Assembly: GCA_946628965.1 (NCBI GenBank)
Contig: CAMOXI010000004.1
Location: forward strand, 2,639 to 66,638
Direction of reading: 5' to 3'
DNA length: 64,000 nucleotides
Source of the DNA: an uncultured Clostridia bacterium
GTDB taxonomy: Bacteria > Bacillota > Clostridia > Oscillospirales > Oscillospiraceae
Positions within the stretch are counted from its first letter, which is position 1, and each line of letters opens with the position of its first letter. A program made the translations under genes and the position numbers. A model generated the notes under the pieces. It worked only from the letters and a program-made list of their open reading frames with translations, searched no databases and was not told where the DNA came from. Below are positions 35,814 to 45,229 of this stretch, one piece after another.

Positions 35814-36755
35814 TTATCGGCGGTCGCGGTCGATGAACTCCAGGGCGATGATGGCAACCACGATGGACACCAGAGCGATCACGCCCAGCAGCGTCCAGCA
35901 GTGCAGCACATTTTCCACCGTGCTGACAAAGAGCTCGTTTTGATTGTAGGAGCCGGACCAGAGCAGGAAGTCGTTGACCTTCCCCTCCTTCTCGATCGTC
36001 CGGATGATCTCCAGCAGGGGCTTCTCGCCCATGAACTCGATGTTTCGGAATTTGAAAACCGTGTTCCACAGCGTGACCATGCCCTGCTCGTTGTAGCGGC
36101 CGATGGCACAGACGCTGTTGAGCCCCCAGTAGGAGGCGGAGACCACGCGGAGCTTTGCCGCAAAGCCGGAGAGCTGGAAGAAGCCGCCCGAGAGCAGCAG
36201 CTGGAAGATCAGCATGAAGGGCATGACCGTCATGGCGGCGGTGGTGTTTTTCATCATGCAGGAGACGGCGAGGGCCATCATGTCCGAGGCAAAGGTGACC
36301 AGCAGCAGCGAGATGCCCAGGTCCAGCACGCCCCAGCGCGTGATCGTCCCCTGCGCAGGCAAAGCCACCTTGGCCAAGCGGCAGACCAGCAGCAGGATCA
36401 CCGTCTGGGCCACGCAGAGCAGGAACTGGTAGATCACCTGCGCCGCCACATAGGAGGACATGTGCAGGCCGGCCCGGTGCTCCCGCTTGACGATGGCGCG
36501 CTCACGGCAGACCACCTGAATGGAGTTGAAGAAGCCGTTCCAGAGGCAGACGCACACCAGGGCGAAGGAGCCCATCAGCGTGCCCTCCTGGGTGACGAAG
36601 AGGTTGCCGCCCACCACGAAGACCACGGCGGCCGCGATGATGGCGGCCATGGGCAGCACCTTCCAGTCGTTCTGGTAGACGAACATGCGCAGGAACTTGC
36701 CCAGGTACAGGAAGGTCTGGGACACCCGGCCCCGATAAGTCTGTTTCGTGTTCAT
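35814..36755 (-). CDS. ABC-2-type transporter permease
   Basis: 313 aa, 6 TM. ABC2-membrane pattern FALVCVCLWNGFFNSIQVVCRERAIVKREHRAGL. Overlaps the upstream ATPase gene by 4 nt. Confidence 0.8.
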   Translation of the reverse strand: MNTKQTYRGRVSQTFLYLGKFLRMFVYQNDWKVLPMAAIIAAAVVFVVGGNLFVTQEGTLMGSFALVCVCLWNGFFNSIQVVCRERAIVKREHRAGLHMSSYVAAQVIYQFLLCVAQTVILLLVCRLAKVALPAQGTITRWGVLDLGISLLLVTFASDMMALAVSCMMKNTTAAMTVMPFMLIFQLLLSGGFFQLSGFAAKLRVVSASYWGLNSVCAIGRYNEQGMVTLWNTVFKFRNIEFMGEKPLLEIIRTIEKEGKVNDFLLWSGSYNQNELFVSTVENVLHCWTLLGVIALVSIVVAIIALEFIDRDRR

Positions 36756-38110
36756 TGCGCCGCCGCCTCCTCTTTCCCGGCTGCGAGCCGGGCATAGCGC
36801 TCGATGTATTCGTCGGCAAGGCCCTCGCCGCCGGCGTCCTTGCTGTTGACACGCAGGACCACGCCTTCCATGGAGTCCCGCTCAAAGAAGGCGTGGGCCT
36901 CCTCGGGGCTGCCGTAAAAGGCCAGACGGCCGCAGCGGCCGGAGTCGCGCGCCAGGACGATGACCTTGTCGAAGAGGTCGATGACGCGGTCCGGTGTGTG
37001 GGTGATGACCAGCACGATCTTGCCCGTATCCGCGATGGCGCGCAGCTGGGTGAAAAGCTCCCGGGCGATGACGCCGTCGAGACCGGAGTCCGGCTCATCC
37101 AGCACGAAGAGCTCCGGATCGGACACAAGCTCCATCGCGATGGAGATGCGGCGCAGCATGCCGCCGGACTTCTTGCCCACCAGGCCCTGGCTGCCGGCCG
37201 TCAGGCCCATCAGGGCCATGGCGTCCTCCCGTCTTTTCTTCCGCTCCTCCGCCGGTACCTCCCGCGGGATGCGGAGCCGGGCTGCGTCGTCGATGGTATG
37301 CAGGACCGTGTCGCTGCCGCGGATCAGGTTCTGCTGCTGCACAAAGCCGATGCGGTATTTCATGCGGCCGTAGTCCTTGTAGATGTCCGAGCCGTTGAGC
37401 AGGATCGTGGCGTCCGCCTTCTCGTAGCCGATGATCGCGTTGATAAAGGTGGTCTTGCCCGCGCCGGAGCCGCCCAGCAGCAGCACGAGAGAGCCGTTCG
37501 GGATATTGAGCTGAATGTCCTTGAGCAGGTAGCGTTTTTTGGAAAGATCGCGCACAGAGCGCTCCCGCAGGTCTATGCTCAGGCCGGTATCCTTCATGGC
37601 GAAGCCCTTGTGCTCTTCCGCGCCTTCGATCTCGGCCGGGGCGGTCCCCGCCTTCACCTCGTCATCCAGCTCGCCGGAGTCCGGATGATAGCGGTCGGAC
37701 AGAGCCAGGATGAACAGCATGGCCGGCGGCACAAAGATCCACAGGATGAGCCAGGTCTTCTTCGCGTGATAGGTGCGCAGCAGCGTCAACCCCAGGCGGA
37801 TGCGGTAGATCAGGCGAAAAACCGACAGGATCAGGTGTACCAGGATAAAGCCCAGGTATACCTTATCCGGCGCCTTCTCCCAGGGGAAGAAGGGCAGCAC
37901 CGTAGTCAGCAGATAGGTGATAAAAAATCCCCATCCGTCCCGCTCCGCATCCAGCTCCTGCCCCATGCGCAGATAGCCGAGGCCCGGGATCCAGAGCTGC
38001 CAGCGCTTCTGCCAGCCCAGCTTGCGCGCGAGCAGCAGGAAGCCGATCGATGTCGCGAGCCATTCGAGTATGCTCACCCCGCCGTCGAGCACGAAAGATA
38101 AAATAACCAC
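36752..38110 (-). CDS. ABC transporter ATP-binding protein with a ~170-aa N-terminal membrane extension
   Basis: Start set at GTG 38110, 7 nt after GGGGAGGA. Four hydrophobic segments, then Walker A GGSGAGKTT, signature-like KSGGMLRR, Walker B LFVLDEPDSGLD. Confidence 0.75.
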   Translation of the reverse strand: MVILSFVLDGGVSILEWLATSIGFLLLARKLGWQKRWQLWIPGLGYLRMGQELDAERDGWGFFITYLLTTVLPFFPWEKAPDKVYLGFILVHLILSVFRLIYRIRLGLTLLRTYHAKKTWLILWIFVPPAMLFILALSDRYHPDSGELDDEVKAGTAPAEIEGAEEHKGFAMKDTGLSIDLRERSVRDLSKKRYLLKDIQLNIPNGSLVLLLGGSGAGKTTFINAIIGYEKADATILLNGSDIYKDYGRMKYRIGFVQQQNLIRGSDTVLHTIDDAARLRIPREVPAEERKKRREDAMALMGLTAGSQGLVGKKSGGMLRRISIAMELVSDPELFVLDEPDSGLDGVIARELFTQLRAIADTGKIVLVITHTPDRVIDLFDKVIVLARDSGRCGRLAFYGSPEEAHAFFERDSMEGVVLRVNSKDAGGEGLADEYIERYARLAAGKEEAAAQ

Positions 38111-38289
38111 GGCGCATTCCTCCCCGTCTCTTGTTCTCCCCGGCGCCAAAGCGCGGGGAAACTTGTCATTTTATATATTATATATCCAATTCCGCCCTTC
38201 TGGCAAGAGAAAGACTGCGCCCGCGGCACTTGCAGAATCGAACGGAACAGAGTAAGATAAGGAAAAACAATATTGACAAGGAGCATGAC

Positions 38290-39609
38290 ATGAAGCTGCA
38301 GCTGCATACCACCTACGGCGGCGGAAACTGGGACGAACAGTTTACGCAGACCGTTCTGTTTGTCCCCGGCGAGACGGAAAACCGCGTCGTCAACCTCTAC
38401 CCCGAGATCGCGTTCCAGACGCTGGAGGGCTTCGGCGGCGCCATCACCGATTCGGCCGCCTATATCTATTCTTTGATGAATGCGCCCCAGAAGCGGAAGC
38501 TGATGGAGACCTACTTCTCCCCCGAGCGCATGAACTATCAGATGGTCCGCATCCCCATCGACAGCTGCGATTTCTCCGTGGAGCAGTATGAGGCCTGGAC
38601 AGAGAGCGGCGCGCTGGACTTTTCGCGGGTGGAGAAGTACATTCTCCCCATGCTGCGGGACGCCGAGGCCGCTGCCGGGCGGAAGCTCCCGCTGCTGCTG
38701 GCGCCCTGGTCCCCTCCCGCCCACATGAAGACGAACGGACAGCGCCATCAGGGCGGCAAGCTCCGGGAGGAGTGCCGGGCGGGCTACGCCGAGTATCTCT
38801 GCCGATATATCGAGGAGTATCAGAAGCGTGGCTTTCTCGTCCGGGCCCTGAGCCTCCAGAACGAGCCGAAGGCCGTGCAGACCTGGGACTCCTGCGTCTA
38901 CACCGCCGCGGAGGAGAAGGCCTTCCTGCGCGATTATCTCCGGCCCGCGCTGGAAAAGCATGGGCTCACGGGGCTGGAGATCTATCTCTGGGACCACAAC
39001 AAGGAGCGTGTCTACGAATGGATGCGGGATATTATCGACGATACGACCGATCCCATGGTCACCGGCGCCGCCTTCCACTGGTACAGCGGCGACCATTTTG
39101 ATGCCCTGGATCTCTGCCGGCAGCGCTTCCCGGATAAGAAGCTGATCCTCTCCGAGAGCTGCATCGAGTTTTCCAAGTTTGACGCCGATGATCACTTTGG
39201 CGCAGCCTCGCTCTTCGCCCACGAGATGCTGGGCGATCTGAACCATGGCATCTGCTTCTTCGGCGACTGGAACCTGCTCCTCGACGAGGAGGGCGGCCCC
39301 AACTATGTGGGCAACTACTGCCTTGCTCCCTTCCTTTTTGACACGAAGAAAAAGCAGCTGCAGCCCCAGCTTCTGCAGCAGTATATGGAGCATTTCTCCC
39401 GCACGCTGACGCCCGGCTCCGTCCGCATCGGCATGAGCCGCTATGCCGAGGGCGTGGAAGTCACGGCCTGGAAGCGGCCGGACGGAAGCCTCGCCCTGGT
39501 GCTGCTCAACAAGGGCGAAAAGGAAGCGCCCGTAGTCGTCCGTCTGAACGATCAGGAGGCGGCCCTGCTGCTCATGCCCCGCTCCATCTCCAGCGCGGTG
39601 ATCGAGTGA
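38290..39609 (+). CDS. Glycoside hydrolase family 30 (glucosylceramidase-like)
   Basis: ATG 38290. Contains EGFGGAITDSAA, acid/base context LSLQNEP, nucleophile context LILSESC, and a C-terminal beta-sandwich. Confidence 0.85.
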   Translation: MKLQLHTTYGGGNWDEQFTQTVLFVPGETENRVVNLYPEIAFQTLEGFGGAITDSAAYIYSLMNAPQKRKLMETYFSPERMNYQMVRIPIDSCDFSVEQYEAWTESGALDFSRVEKYILPMLRDAEAAAGRKLPLLLAPWSPPAHMKTNGQRHQGGKLREECRAGYAEYLCRYIEEYQKRGFLVRALSLQNEPKAVQTWDSCVYTAAEEKAFLRDYLRPALEKHGLTGLEIYLWDHNKERVYEWMRDIIDDTTDPMVTGAAFHWYSGDHFDALDLCRQRFPDKKLILSESCIEFSKFDADDHFGAASLFAHEMLGDLNHGICFFGDWNLLLDEEGGPNYVGNYCLAPFLFDTKKKQLQPQLLQQYMEHFSRTLTPGSVRIGMSRYAEGVEVTAWKRPDGSLALVLLNKGEKEAPVVVRLNDQEAALLLMPRSISSAVIE

Positions 39610-39626
39610 CCTTTTTCTCAGAAATG

Positions 39627-39661
39627 CAAAAACGGCGTCCCAAACGGGACGCCGTTTTTTT
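39627..39661. terminator. Bidirectional terminator between GH30 and the sugar ABC operon
   Basis: AAAAACGGCGTCCC-AAAC-GGGACGCCGTTTTTTT. Confidence 0.85.
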
Positions 39662-39672
39662 GATGGTATGCC

Positions 39673-40533
39673 TCAGCCTTTCACCGCGCCGCTGGTCATG
39701 CCGGCGATGATCTGCTCCTGGAAGAGCACGTAGCCGATGATGGACGGGACGATGGAGATCACGATGGCCGCGTACATGGACACGTAGTCGGTGGAGAACT
39801 GGTTGGTGAAGTAGCGGATACCGACCTGGATGGTGCGCAGCTTCTCGGAGGAGACGATGAGGTTTGCGAAGATGAATTCGTTCCAGCAGGTGAGGAACTG
39901 GAAGGTGGCCGCGGTGACGATGCCGGTGCGGCTCAGCGGCAGGATGATGTGGAAGAAGCGCCCGTAGAAGCCGCAGCCGTCGATGTAGGCCGCCTCCTCC
40001 AGCTCCATGGGGATGGAGTCCATCAGCCCGCGGATCAGGAAGGTGGACATGGGGATGCCGATGGCGCAGTAGAGCAGGATCATGCCGCCATAGGTGTTGT
40101 AGAGGCCCAGCTTGTTGATGATGACGAAGTAGGGCACCATCAGGGCGCTCAGCGGCACCAGAATGCCGGCGGTGAAGAGCGTGTAGATGCTCTCACGCCC
40201 GCGGAAGCGGAAGCGGGAGATACAGTAGGCGCCCATGCTGGCGATGATCACGTTCACAAGCGTTGCCACCAGACCCACGATGACGGAGTTGAGCAGCATG
40301 CGGCCCAGACCCGCCACGGACAGGGCGTTGGTGTAGTTCTGCCACTGGGGGACGGCGGGCAGCGCAAAGGGCGACTTGGTCAGGAACTCAAAGTTTGTCT
40401 TCAGCGAGGAGGACAGCAGCCACAACAGCGGGAACAGGGTGTAGACCGCGAAGAAGATGATCAGGATCCAGCGCAGGATCGCGAGCACCAGCTCTTTTCC
40501 GCGAAGAGGAGGACGGAGACGGGTTTCACTCAT
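39673..40533 (-). CDS. Carbohydrate ABC transporter permease (MalG/CUT1 type)
   Basis: 286 aa, 6 TM. EAA loop LEEAAYIDGCGFYGRFFHIILP. ATGA overlap with the upstream permease gene. Confidence 0.9.
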   Translation of the reverse strand: MSETRLRPPLRGKELVLAILRWILIIFFAVYTLFPLLWLLSSSLKTNFEFLTKSPFALPAVPQWQNYTNALSVAGLGRMLLNSVIVGLVATLVNVIIASMGAYCISRFRFRGRESIYTLFTAGILVPLSALMVPYFVIINKLGLYNTYGGMILLYCAIGIPMSTFLIRGLMDSIPMELEEAAYIDGCGFYGRFFHIILPLSRTGIVTAATFQFLTCWNEFIFANLIVSSEKLRTIQVGIRYFTNQFSTDYVSMYAAIVISIVPSIIGYVLFQEQIIAGMTSGAVKG

Positions 40534-41438
40534 TTCACAGCCCTCCTTGCCTTCTTGGGCTTGACCGTTTCGCCGCGGCCGTTGAAAAGCGTGCGGATCG
40601 TGATGATGAAGATCACGCCCACGATGATCAGGATGACGGCCGTAGCGCTGGCAAGGCCGTAGCTCTCGCTCTGCAGGCGCTCGTACATGTACAGCACCAT
40701 CGTCGAGGTGCGGTGGTTCGGGCCGCCGTTTGTGAGCATGTAGACCTGCTCGAACTGCCGCAGACCCATGACGCTGGCCAGCGTCACGCAGGTCAGCAGC
40801 GAGGTCTTCTTTATCAGCGGGATCGTGATGTAGATCGCCTGCTGGAAGTCCGTCGCGCCGTCGATGGTCGCGGCCTCATAGTACGAAGTGTCGATCGTGG
40901 TGATGTCCGCCATCATGATGACCATGTAATAGCCCACATAGAAGACCCAGTAGATCAGCACCGCCGGGAAGGCCGTGCCGCTGTTGCCGAGCCAGTCGGT
41001 GGTGAGACTGCCGAGACCGATGGCGCTCAGCAGGCCGTTGAGCATGCCGTGTTCGGCGTTGTAGATCGCGCGCCACAGTGTAGCCAGCGCGATGCCGGAA
41101 ATGACCTGGGGGAAGAAGTACACTGTGCGGAAGAACTTCCAGCCCTTCGGCTTGCGGGAGAGGATGATTGCCATGACCATCGCGAGCGGCACCTGGATGA
41201 AGCCCGCCACCAGCGCCCAGATGATGTTATTCTTCAGGGAGCGCTGGAAGGTGGAGTTTTTCAGGAGCTTCACGAAGTTTTCAAGGCCCACGACCTGGGG
41301 CGCGGAGATGCCGTTCCATTTCAGGCAGCTGACCACAAGAACGTAGAGGATGGGAATGATGAAAAAGATCACCATGACCGCGATCGCAGGGGCCATGAAG
41401 GCCGCCAGCGCTCTTCTGTCAGATGATGTGGGTTTCAA
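40530..41438 (-). CDS. Carbohydrate ABC transporter permease (MalF/CUT1 type)
   Basis: Start set at TTG 41438, 6 nt after GAAGGAGG. EAA loop YYEAATIDGATDFQQAIYITIP. Confidence 0.88.
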   Translation of the reverse strand: MKPTSSDRRALAAFMAPAIAVMVIFFIIPILYVLVVSCLKWNGISAPQVVGLENFVKLLKNSTFQRSLKNNIIWALVAGFIQVPLAMVMAIILSRKPKGWKFFRTVYFFPQVISGIALATLWRAIYNAEHGMLNGLLSAIGLGSLTTDWLGNSGTAFPAVLIYWVFYVGYYMVIMMADITTIDTSYYEAATIDGATDFQQAIYITIPLIKKTSLLTCVTLASVMGLRQFEQVYMLTNGGPNHRTSTMVLYMYERLQSESYGLASATAVILIIVGVIFIITIRTLFNGRGETVKPKKARRAVK

Positions 41439-41631
41439 AGGACCGCCTCCTTCTAAAATCACCTGCAAAACGTCTGCTTTGCAAGCGAGGACTCGCGCTT
41501 ATCGCACGCGGCGGTGCGTGACGCGCCGCATCTGGTCGGCGAGAGGCCTCACAGTGTTCGGCTCAGGGAGTTTTTGCCGGAACGAAGCTCGCCAAAACGA
41601 TGGCAGCTCCCTTCGGGAGTGCTTTGTAATG

Positions 41632-41664
41632 GTACAGGCTGCGGCTCAGCACCGCAGCCTGTAC
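41632..41664 (-). promoter_or_regulatory. Intercistronic stem-loop after the binding-protein gene
   Basis: 13-bp perfect stem GTACAGGCTGCGG / CCGCAGCCTGTAC with a 7-nt loop. Lies 38 nt after the stop at 41702, inside a 263-nt gap before the permease start. Confidence 0.6.
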
Positions 41665-41701
41665 AGCGGATTCAACTAACTACGGTTCGGCTCGGTCAGG
41701 C

Positions 41702-42973
41702 TCAGGCCATGTCAATGGCTTCCTGGAGCTGATCGACGAAGCCCTGGGCGTCAACGTCGCCGTTGATGAGAGCGGCCAGAGCGGAGGGGAACTCGGTGGA
41801 GAAGGCGGTGGGGAAGGCGCCGTTCACATGCAGGATGGTGAAGGCGGCGTTGTTGGCAACCTCAGTGACCTTCTGGGAGATGGGACGGGTCTCCTCGGCG
41901 GGCGTATACTTGACGAAGAACATGGCGCCGGAGGACAGAGCCAGCTCGGAGACGTGCTCAGGATCGGTGAGGTACTGGAGGAACTTCACAACGGCAGCTT
42001 CCTTCGCAGGATCGTCCTGCTTGCCGGCAGCCAGGAAGCCCTGGACGGTGGTCACGAGACCGCCTTCGCCAAGGCCGCCCTCGTACACGGGGTTGGTGGC
42101 GACTTCGACGGAGTCAGCCAGGAGCTTGCCGTCAACAGCGTTGTCTTCTTTGTAGAAGTTGGCGATCCACCAGGGGCCGTTGAGGTAGATGGCGGTGTCG
42201 CGGGCGATGAAGTGGCCGTTCACGTCGGCAGCGCCGGCGGAGACAGCGCCGTCAAAGGTGTAGTCATACATCTTCTTGAGAACCTCGGCAGCTTCCACGA
42301 AAGCGGGATTCTCCAGGCCGTCGGCATAGACGTCCTTGCCGCCGATGGCCTCAACGATCAGGGAGTACCAAAGCATGGAGGACCAGCCGTTCTCACCGGC
42401 CATCTGGCCCATAACGTTGTAGCCGGCGGCCTTCACGTCCTCGGCCATCTGGAAGAACTCCTCATAGGTGGCGGGGAAGTGATCCCAGCCGGCAGCCTCG
42501 AAGATGTCCTTGTTGTAGATCGGGGTAAAGACAGCGGCCTCGAAGGGCAGGATGCTGACCTTGCCGTCAACGCTCCAGGCGTCGAAAGCACCGTCGGCAA
42601 AATCCTCGCCCCAGCCCTCTTCCAGGTACGGGGTCAGATCCATGAACTTGCCGGACTCGGCATAGGCCTTGATATCGAAGGTAGTGTCAAGGATGCAGAT
42701 GTCGGGGGTGTTGCCGGTGGTGACGGTGGTGCGGATCTTGTCACGGTAGGCCTGGTAGTCGGTCTGCTCTTCGACGACGACCTTGATGGAGCCGGCGTTC
42801 TCTTCGTTGAACTTCTCGATCAACTCAGACATGTAAGCGGCCTTGGAGTCGGTGCCGACCCAGATGCTGGGGAAGTTGATGACGATCTCACCGTCTGCAT
42901 GGGCAGGCTGGGCGATCGGGGCCAGGGTGAAGACCATGACCAGTGCAAGCAGCAGTGCAAATACTTTTTTCAT
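41702..42973 (-). CDS. Carbohydrate ABC transporter substrate-binding protein (candidate sulfoquinovose / SQ-glycerol binding protein)
   Basis: 423 aa with signal peptide MKKVFALLLALVMVFTLAPIAQPAHA and a family-1 sugar-binding fold by resemblance. The substrate is inferred only from the locus. Confidence 0.85.
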   Translation of the reverse strand: MKKVFALLLALVMVFTLAPIAQPAHADGEIVINFPSIWVGTDSKAAYMSELIEKFNEENAGSIKVVVEEQTDYQAYRDKIRTTVTTGNTPDICILDTTFDIKAYAESGKFMDLTPYLEEGWGEDFADGAFDAWSVDGKVSILPFEAAVFTPIYNKDIFEAAGWDHFPATYEEFFQMAEDVKAAGYNVMGQMAGENGWSSMLWYSLIVEAIGGKDVYADGLENPAFVEAAEVLKKMYDYTFDGAVSAGAADVNGHFIARDTAIYLNGPWWIANFYKEDNAVDGKLLADSVEVATNPVYEGGLGEGGLVTTVQGFLAAGKQDDPAKEAAVVKFLQYLTDPEHVSELALSSGAMFFVKYTPAEETRPISQKVTEVANNAAFTILHVNGAFPTAFSTEFPSALAALINGDVDAQGFVDQLQEAIDMA

Positions 42974-42986
42974 ACACGTTCTCCTT

Positions 42987-43007
42987 TTGATTAACTTCTT
43001 TAAGTAA
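42987..43007. promoter_or_regulatory. AT-rich 21-bp imperfect palindrome in the leader of the ABC operon (candidate ROK operator)
   Basis: TTGATTAAC-TTC-TTTAAGTAA. Shares TTGATTAA-N4-TTTAA with the minus-strand reading of 47369..47389. Lies between the promoter and the SD of the binding-protein gene. Confidence 0.4.
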
Positions 43008-43044
43008 TTCGCCGAAAAAAAGAACCCCGGCGGTCTGTATCTTC

Positions 43045-43073
43045 ATTATAGAGATACTTTCATTTTTTGTAAA
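43045..43073 (-). promoter_or_regulatory. Consensus sigma-A promoter of the sugar ABC operon
   Basis: Minus strand: TTTACA, 17 nt, TATAAT. Confidence 0.6.
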
Positions 43074-43130
43074 GCTTTTTGGCCTGCACGAATTCGTAGA
43101 TTCTCTCCCTATGTTTTTGTTGATATTCAC

Positions 43131-43168
43131 GAAAAAGAAAAACGAGAGCCCTTTTCAAGGCTCCCGTT
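43131..43168 (-). terminator. Rho-independent terminator after the GH31 gene
   Basis: Minus strand: AACGGGAGCC-TTGAAAAG-GGCTCTCGTT (one G-U pair) followed by TTTCTTTTTC. Lies 36 nt after the stop at 43204. Confidence 0.7.
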
Positions 43169-43203
43169 TTCATGCATTTTGACGCCGTTGATGGAGATAA
43201 CTG

Positions 43204-45195
43204 TCAGTTTTTGAGGCTCTCGAAGAGTGCGGCATCGTCCGTGCCGCGGCGATAGAAGACCGGGGGCTGCCCGATGGGGGCCGCGACCTCCGTCCAGCCG
43301 CCCGGATACTTTTCGCCGCTCCAGAGATGGATCCACTCCCCTGCCGGGAGCCACACACGCCGCCTTTCGGCGCCCGGTTCCACCACCGGGGCCACCAGCA
43401 GATCATCCCCCAGCAGATAGCTGTAGAGGCGGTGATCCCAGGCCTCCGCCGCCTCCGGCTGCAGGAAGAACAGCGGGCGCATCACCGGCAGGCCCGAGGC
43501 CGCGTTTTCTTCCACGCAGCGTTTCAGATAAGGCAGCAGCGCGTTGTGAAGTGATGTCATGTGCGCGGCAAAGGCCAGCAGCTCCGGCGTGTCGTAGAGC
43601 TGGACATTGGAGTCGGGGCGGTTGCCCTCATGGGTGCGCATGACCGGCGTGAAGGCCGCAAACTCCAGCCAGCGCTGCATCAGTTCCTCGTCCCGGTGCA
43701 GGTGGAAGAGCGTAGTGTAGCCGCCGATGTCGCAGGTGTGCAGGCCGTAGCCGCTGAGGCCGGCGCTGAGCGCCGCGGTGATCACCGAGGGCAGCCCGTC
43801 GTCCTCCGACCAGTCCACACACTGATCGCCCGCCCAGAGGAGCGTGGAATACCGCTGGCTCCCGGCCGCGCCGGAGCGCATGAAGAACACGCAGTCCCCC
43901 AGTTTGCCGGCCTCCTCCACGGCCTCGCGGTTGCACCTGGCCCAGAGCATGGGCCAGGCGTTGTGCATCTGCAGGCCGCTGCCGCCGCGGCAGACCGCGT
44001 CCGCCGGGAGATACTCGCCGAAGTCCGCCATCCAGCCCTTGAAGCCCAGGCCGATCAGATTTGTCTTGATGACTTCCTTGTACCAGGTGAAGGCCGCGGG
44101 ATCGGTCAGATCCACGACGCCGCAGTTGAATTCACCGAAGTCGAAGAGATAATCCTCCCCGGCGGCGTTTTTGACGAAATAGCCCTTTTCAGCCGCCTCC
44201 CGGAACAGGACGCCGCCCTCCACCAGGTAGGGGTTGATGTAGCCCATCCAGGCCGTGCCGGTATCCTTTTGAATGATCTCATCCAGGCCGGGATACATCT
44301 CCCGGTTCCAGCGCCAGTCCCACTGCAGGCGTTTGCCGAAGGAGGTGACGCGCTTGCCCTCCCAGTCCTGGATCCAGACGGCGGAGACGTCCAGCCCCGC
44401 ATCCAGGCAGCGCTTCTGCAGCGCGGTCACGCGCTCGGTGCCGCCCTGTACGCCGAGCCAGAGGCCCCGCATCGCCCAGTCGGGCAGGGCGGGCTGACGG
44501 CCCAGCAGGGCCGTAAGCTTTTCCAGCAGGGCGGGAAAGCTCTCCGCAGCGGCAAAGCTCAGGTGCACGCGGGTCGTCCAGAGGCCCAGCTCATGGAAGT
44601 CTCTCTCCCGCAGATCCAGCTCCGCATATTCATAATTGTGCAGATGGGCGAAATACAGCCGTGAGGACAGCAGGGTCGGCTGGGGGAAGAAGGTGGTGTG
44701 GTAATCGCCGCCGCTCCCGTCCAGCGCGTCGGCCAGGCGGGTGACCTCGGTCAGCTTGTTGCGGCCCACGCCCTGCTCCCGCGTCCAGATGGGCCAGAGC
44801 CTGCCGCGCAGGTCCAGCGCCGAAAACTGCTCGCCCCCGCCGCAGAGGTGCTCGCCCTCCTCGGCGTACAGGCGCAGCCAGAGCCGGTTCCAGTCCGGGT
44901 CATCACATTCGCCGGTGATGTCCAGGCGGCCCTCCCGCTCCGCAAAGCGCAGGCGGTATTCGCCTGTGAGGACGGGGCTTCCCAGCCGCAGCACGCCGTC
45001 CGCAAAGCCGATCGGGCGCAGCGCCGTGCGCTCGTCCACCCTGTCGCGGATGTCAAAATTGCCGCAGAACATGTGAATATTCTCTTTTCCCCGGCCGAGA
45101 AACAGCGCGGGGGCATCCGGGGTATCCTGGATCAGCAGTTTCCCGTCCAGCCGAAGCGCAAAGCCCTCGCCGGGGCGGATCTCCAATTCGTACAT
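43204..45195 (-). CDS. GH31 glycosidase with sulfoquinovosidase-type active-site pattern (YihQ-like)
   Basis: 663 aa. IQDWEGKRVTSFGKRLQWDWRW (Arg289-x-x-Trp292); nucleophile context GWMADFGE (Asp391); acid/base WAGDQ (Asp457); DIGGYT (Tyr493). The spacings match those I recall for E. coli YihQ R301/W304/D405/D472/Y508. Confidence 0.8.
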   Translation of the reverse strand: MYELEIRPGEGFALRLDGKLLIQDTPDAPALFLGRGKENIHMFCGNFDIRDRVDERTALRPIGFADGVLRLGSPVLTGEYRLRFAEREGRLDITGECDDPDWNRLWLRLYAEEGEHLCGGGEQFSALDLRGRLWPIWTREQGVGRNKLTEVTRLADALDGSGGDYHTTFFPQPTLLSSRLYFAHLHNYEYAELDLRERDFHELGLWTTRVHLSFAAAESFPALLEKLTALLGRQPALPDWAMRGLWLGVQGGTERVTALQKRCLDAGLDVSAVWIQDWEGKRVTSFGKRLQWDWRWNREMYPGLDEIIQKDTGTAWMGYINPYLVEGGVLFREAAEKGYFVKNAAGEDYLFDFGEFNCGVVDLTDPAAFTWYKEVIKTNLIGLGFKGWMADFGEYLPADAVCRGGSGLQMHNAWPMLWARCNREAVEEAGKLGDCVFFMRSGAAGSQRYSTLLWAGDQCVDWSEDDGLPSVITAALSAGLSGYGLHTCDIGGYTTLFHLHRDEELMQRWLEFAAFTPVMRTHEGNRPDSNVQLYDTPELLAFAAHMTSLHNALLPYLKRCVEENAASGLPVMRPLFFLQPEAAEAWDHRLYSYLLGDDLLVAPVVEPGAERRRVWLPAGEWIHLWSGEKYPGGWTEVAAPIGQPPVFYRRGTDDAALFESLKN

Positions 45196-45229
45196 GCTTT
45201 CCTCCTGGGATATTTATATGATCTGTCGT

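Noticed and set aside
38290-39609. GH30 gene as a possible member of the sulfoquinovose locus
   Set aside because: It is convergent to the importer operon and separated by a strong bidirectional terminator. GH30 enzymes are beta-glycosidases with no known role in sulfoglycolysis. Adjacency alone is insufficient.
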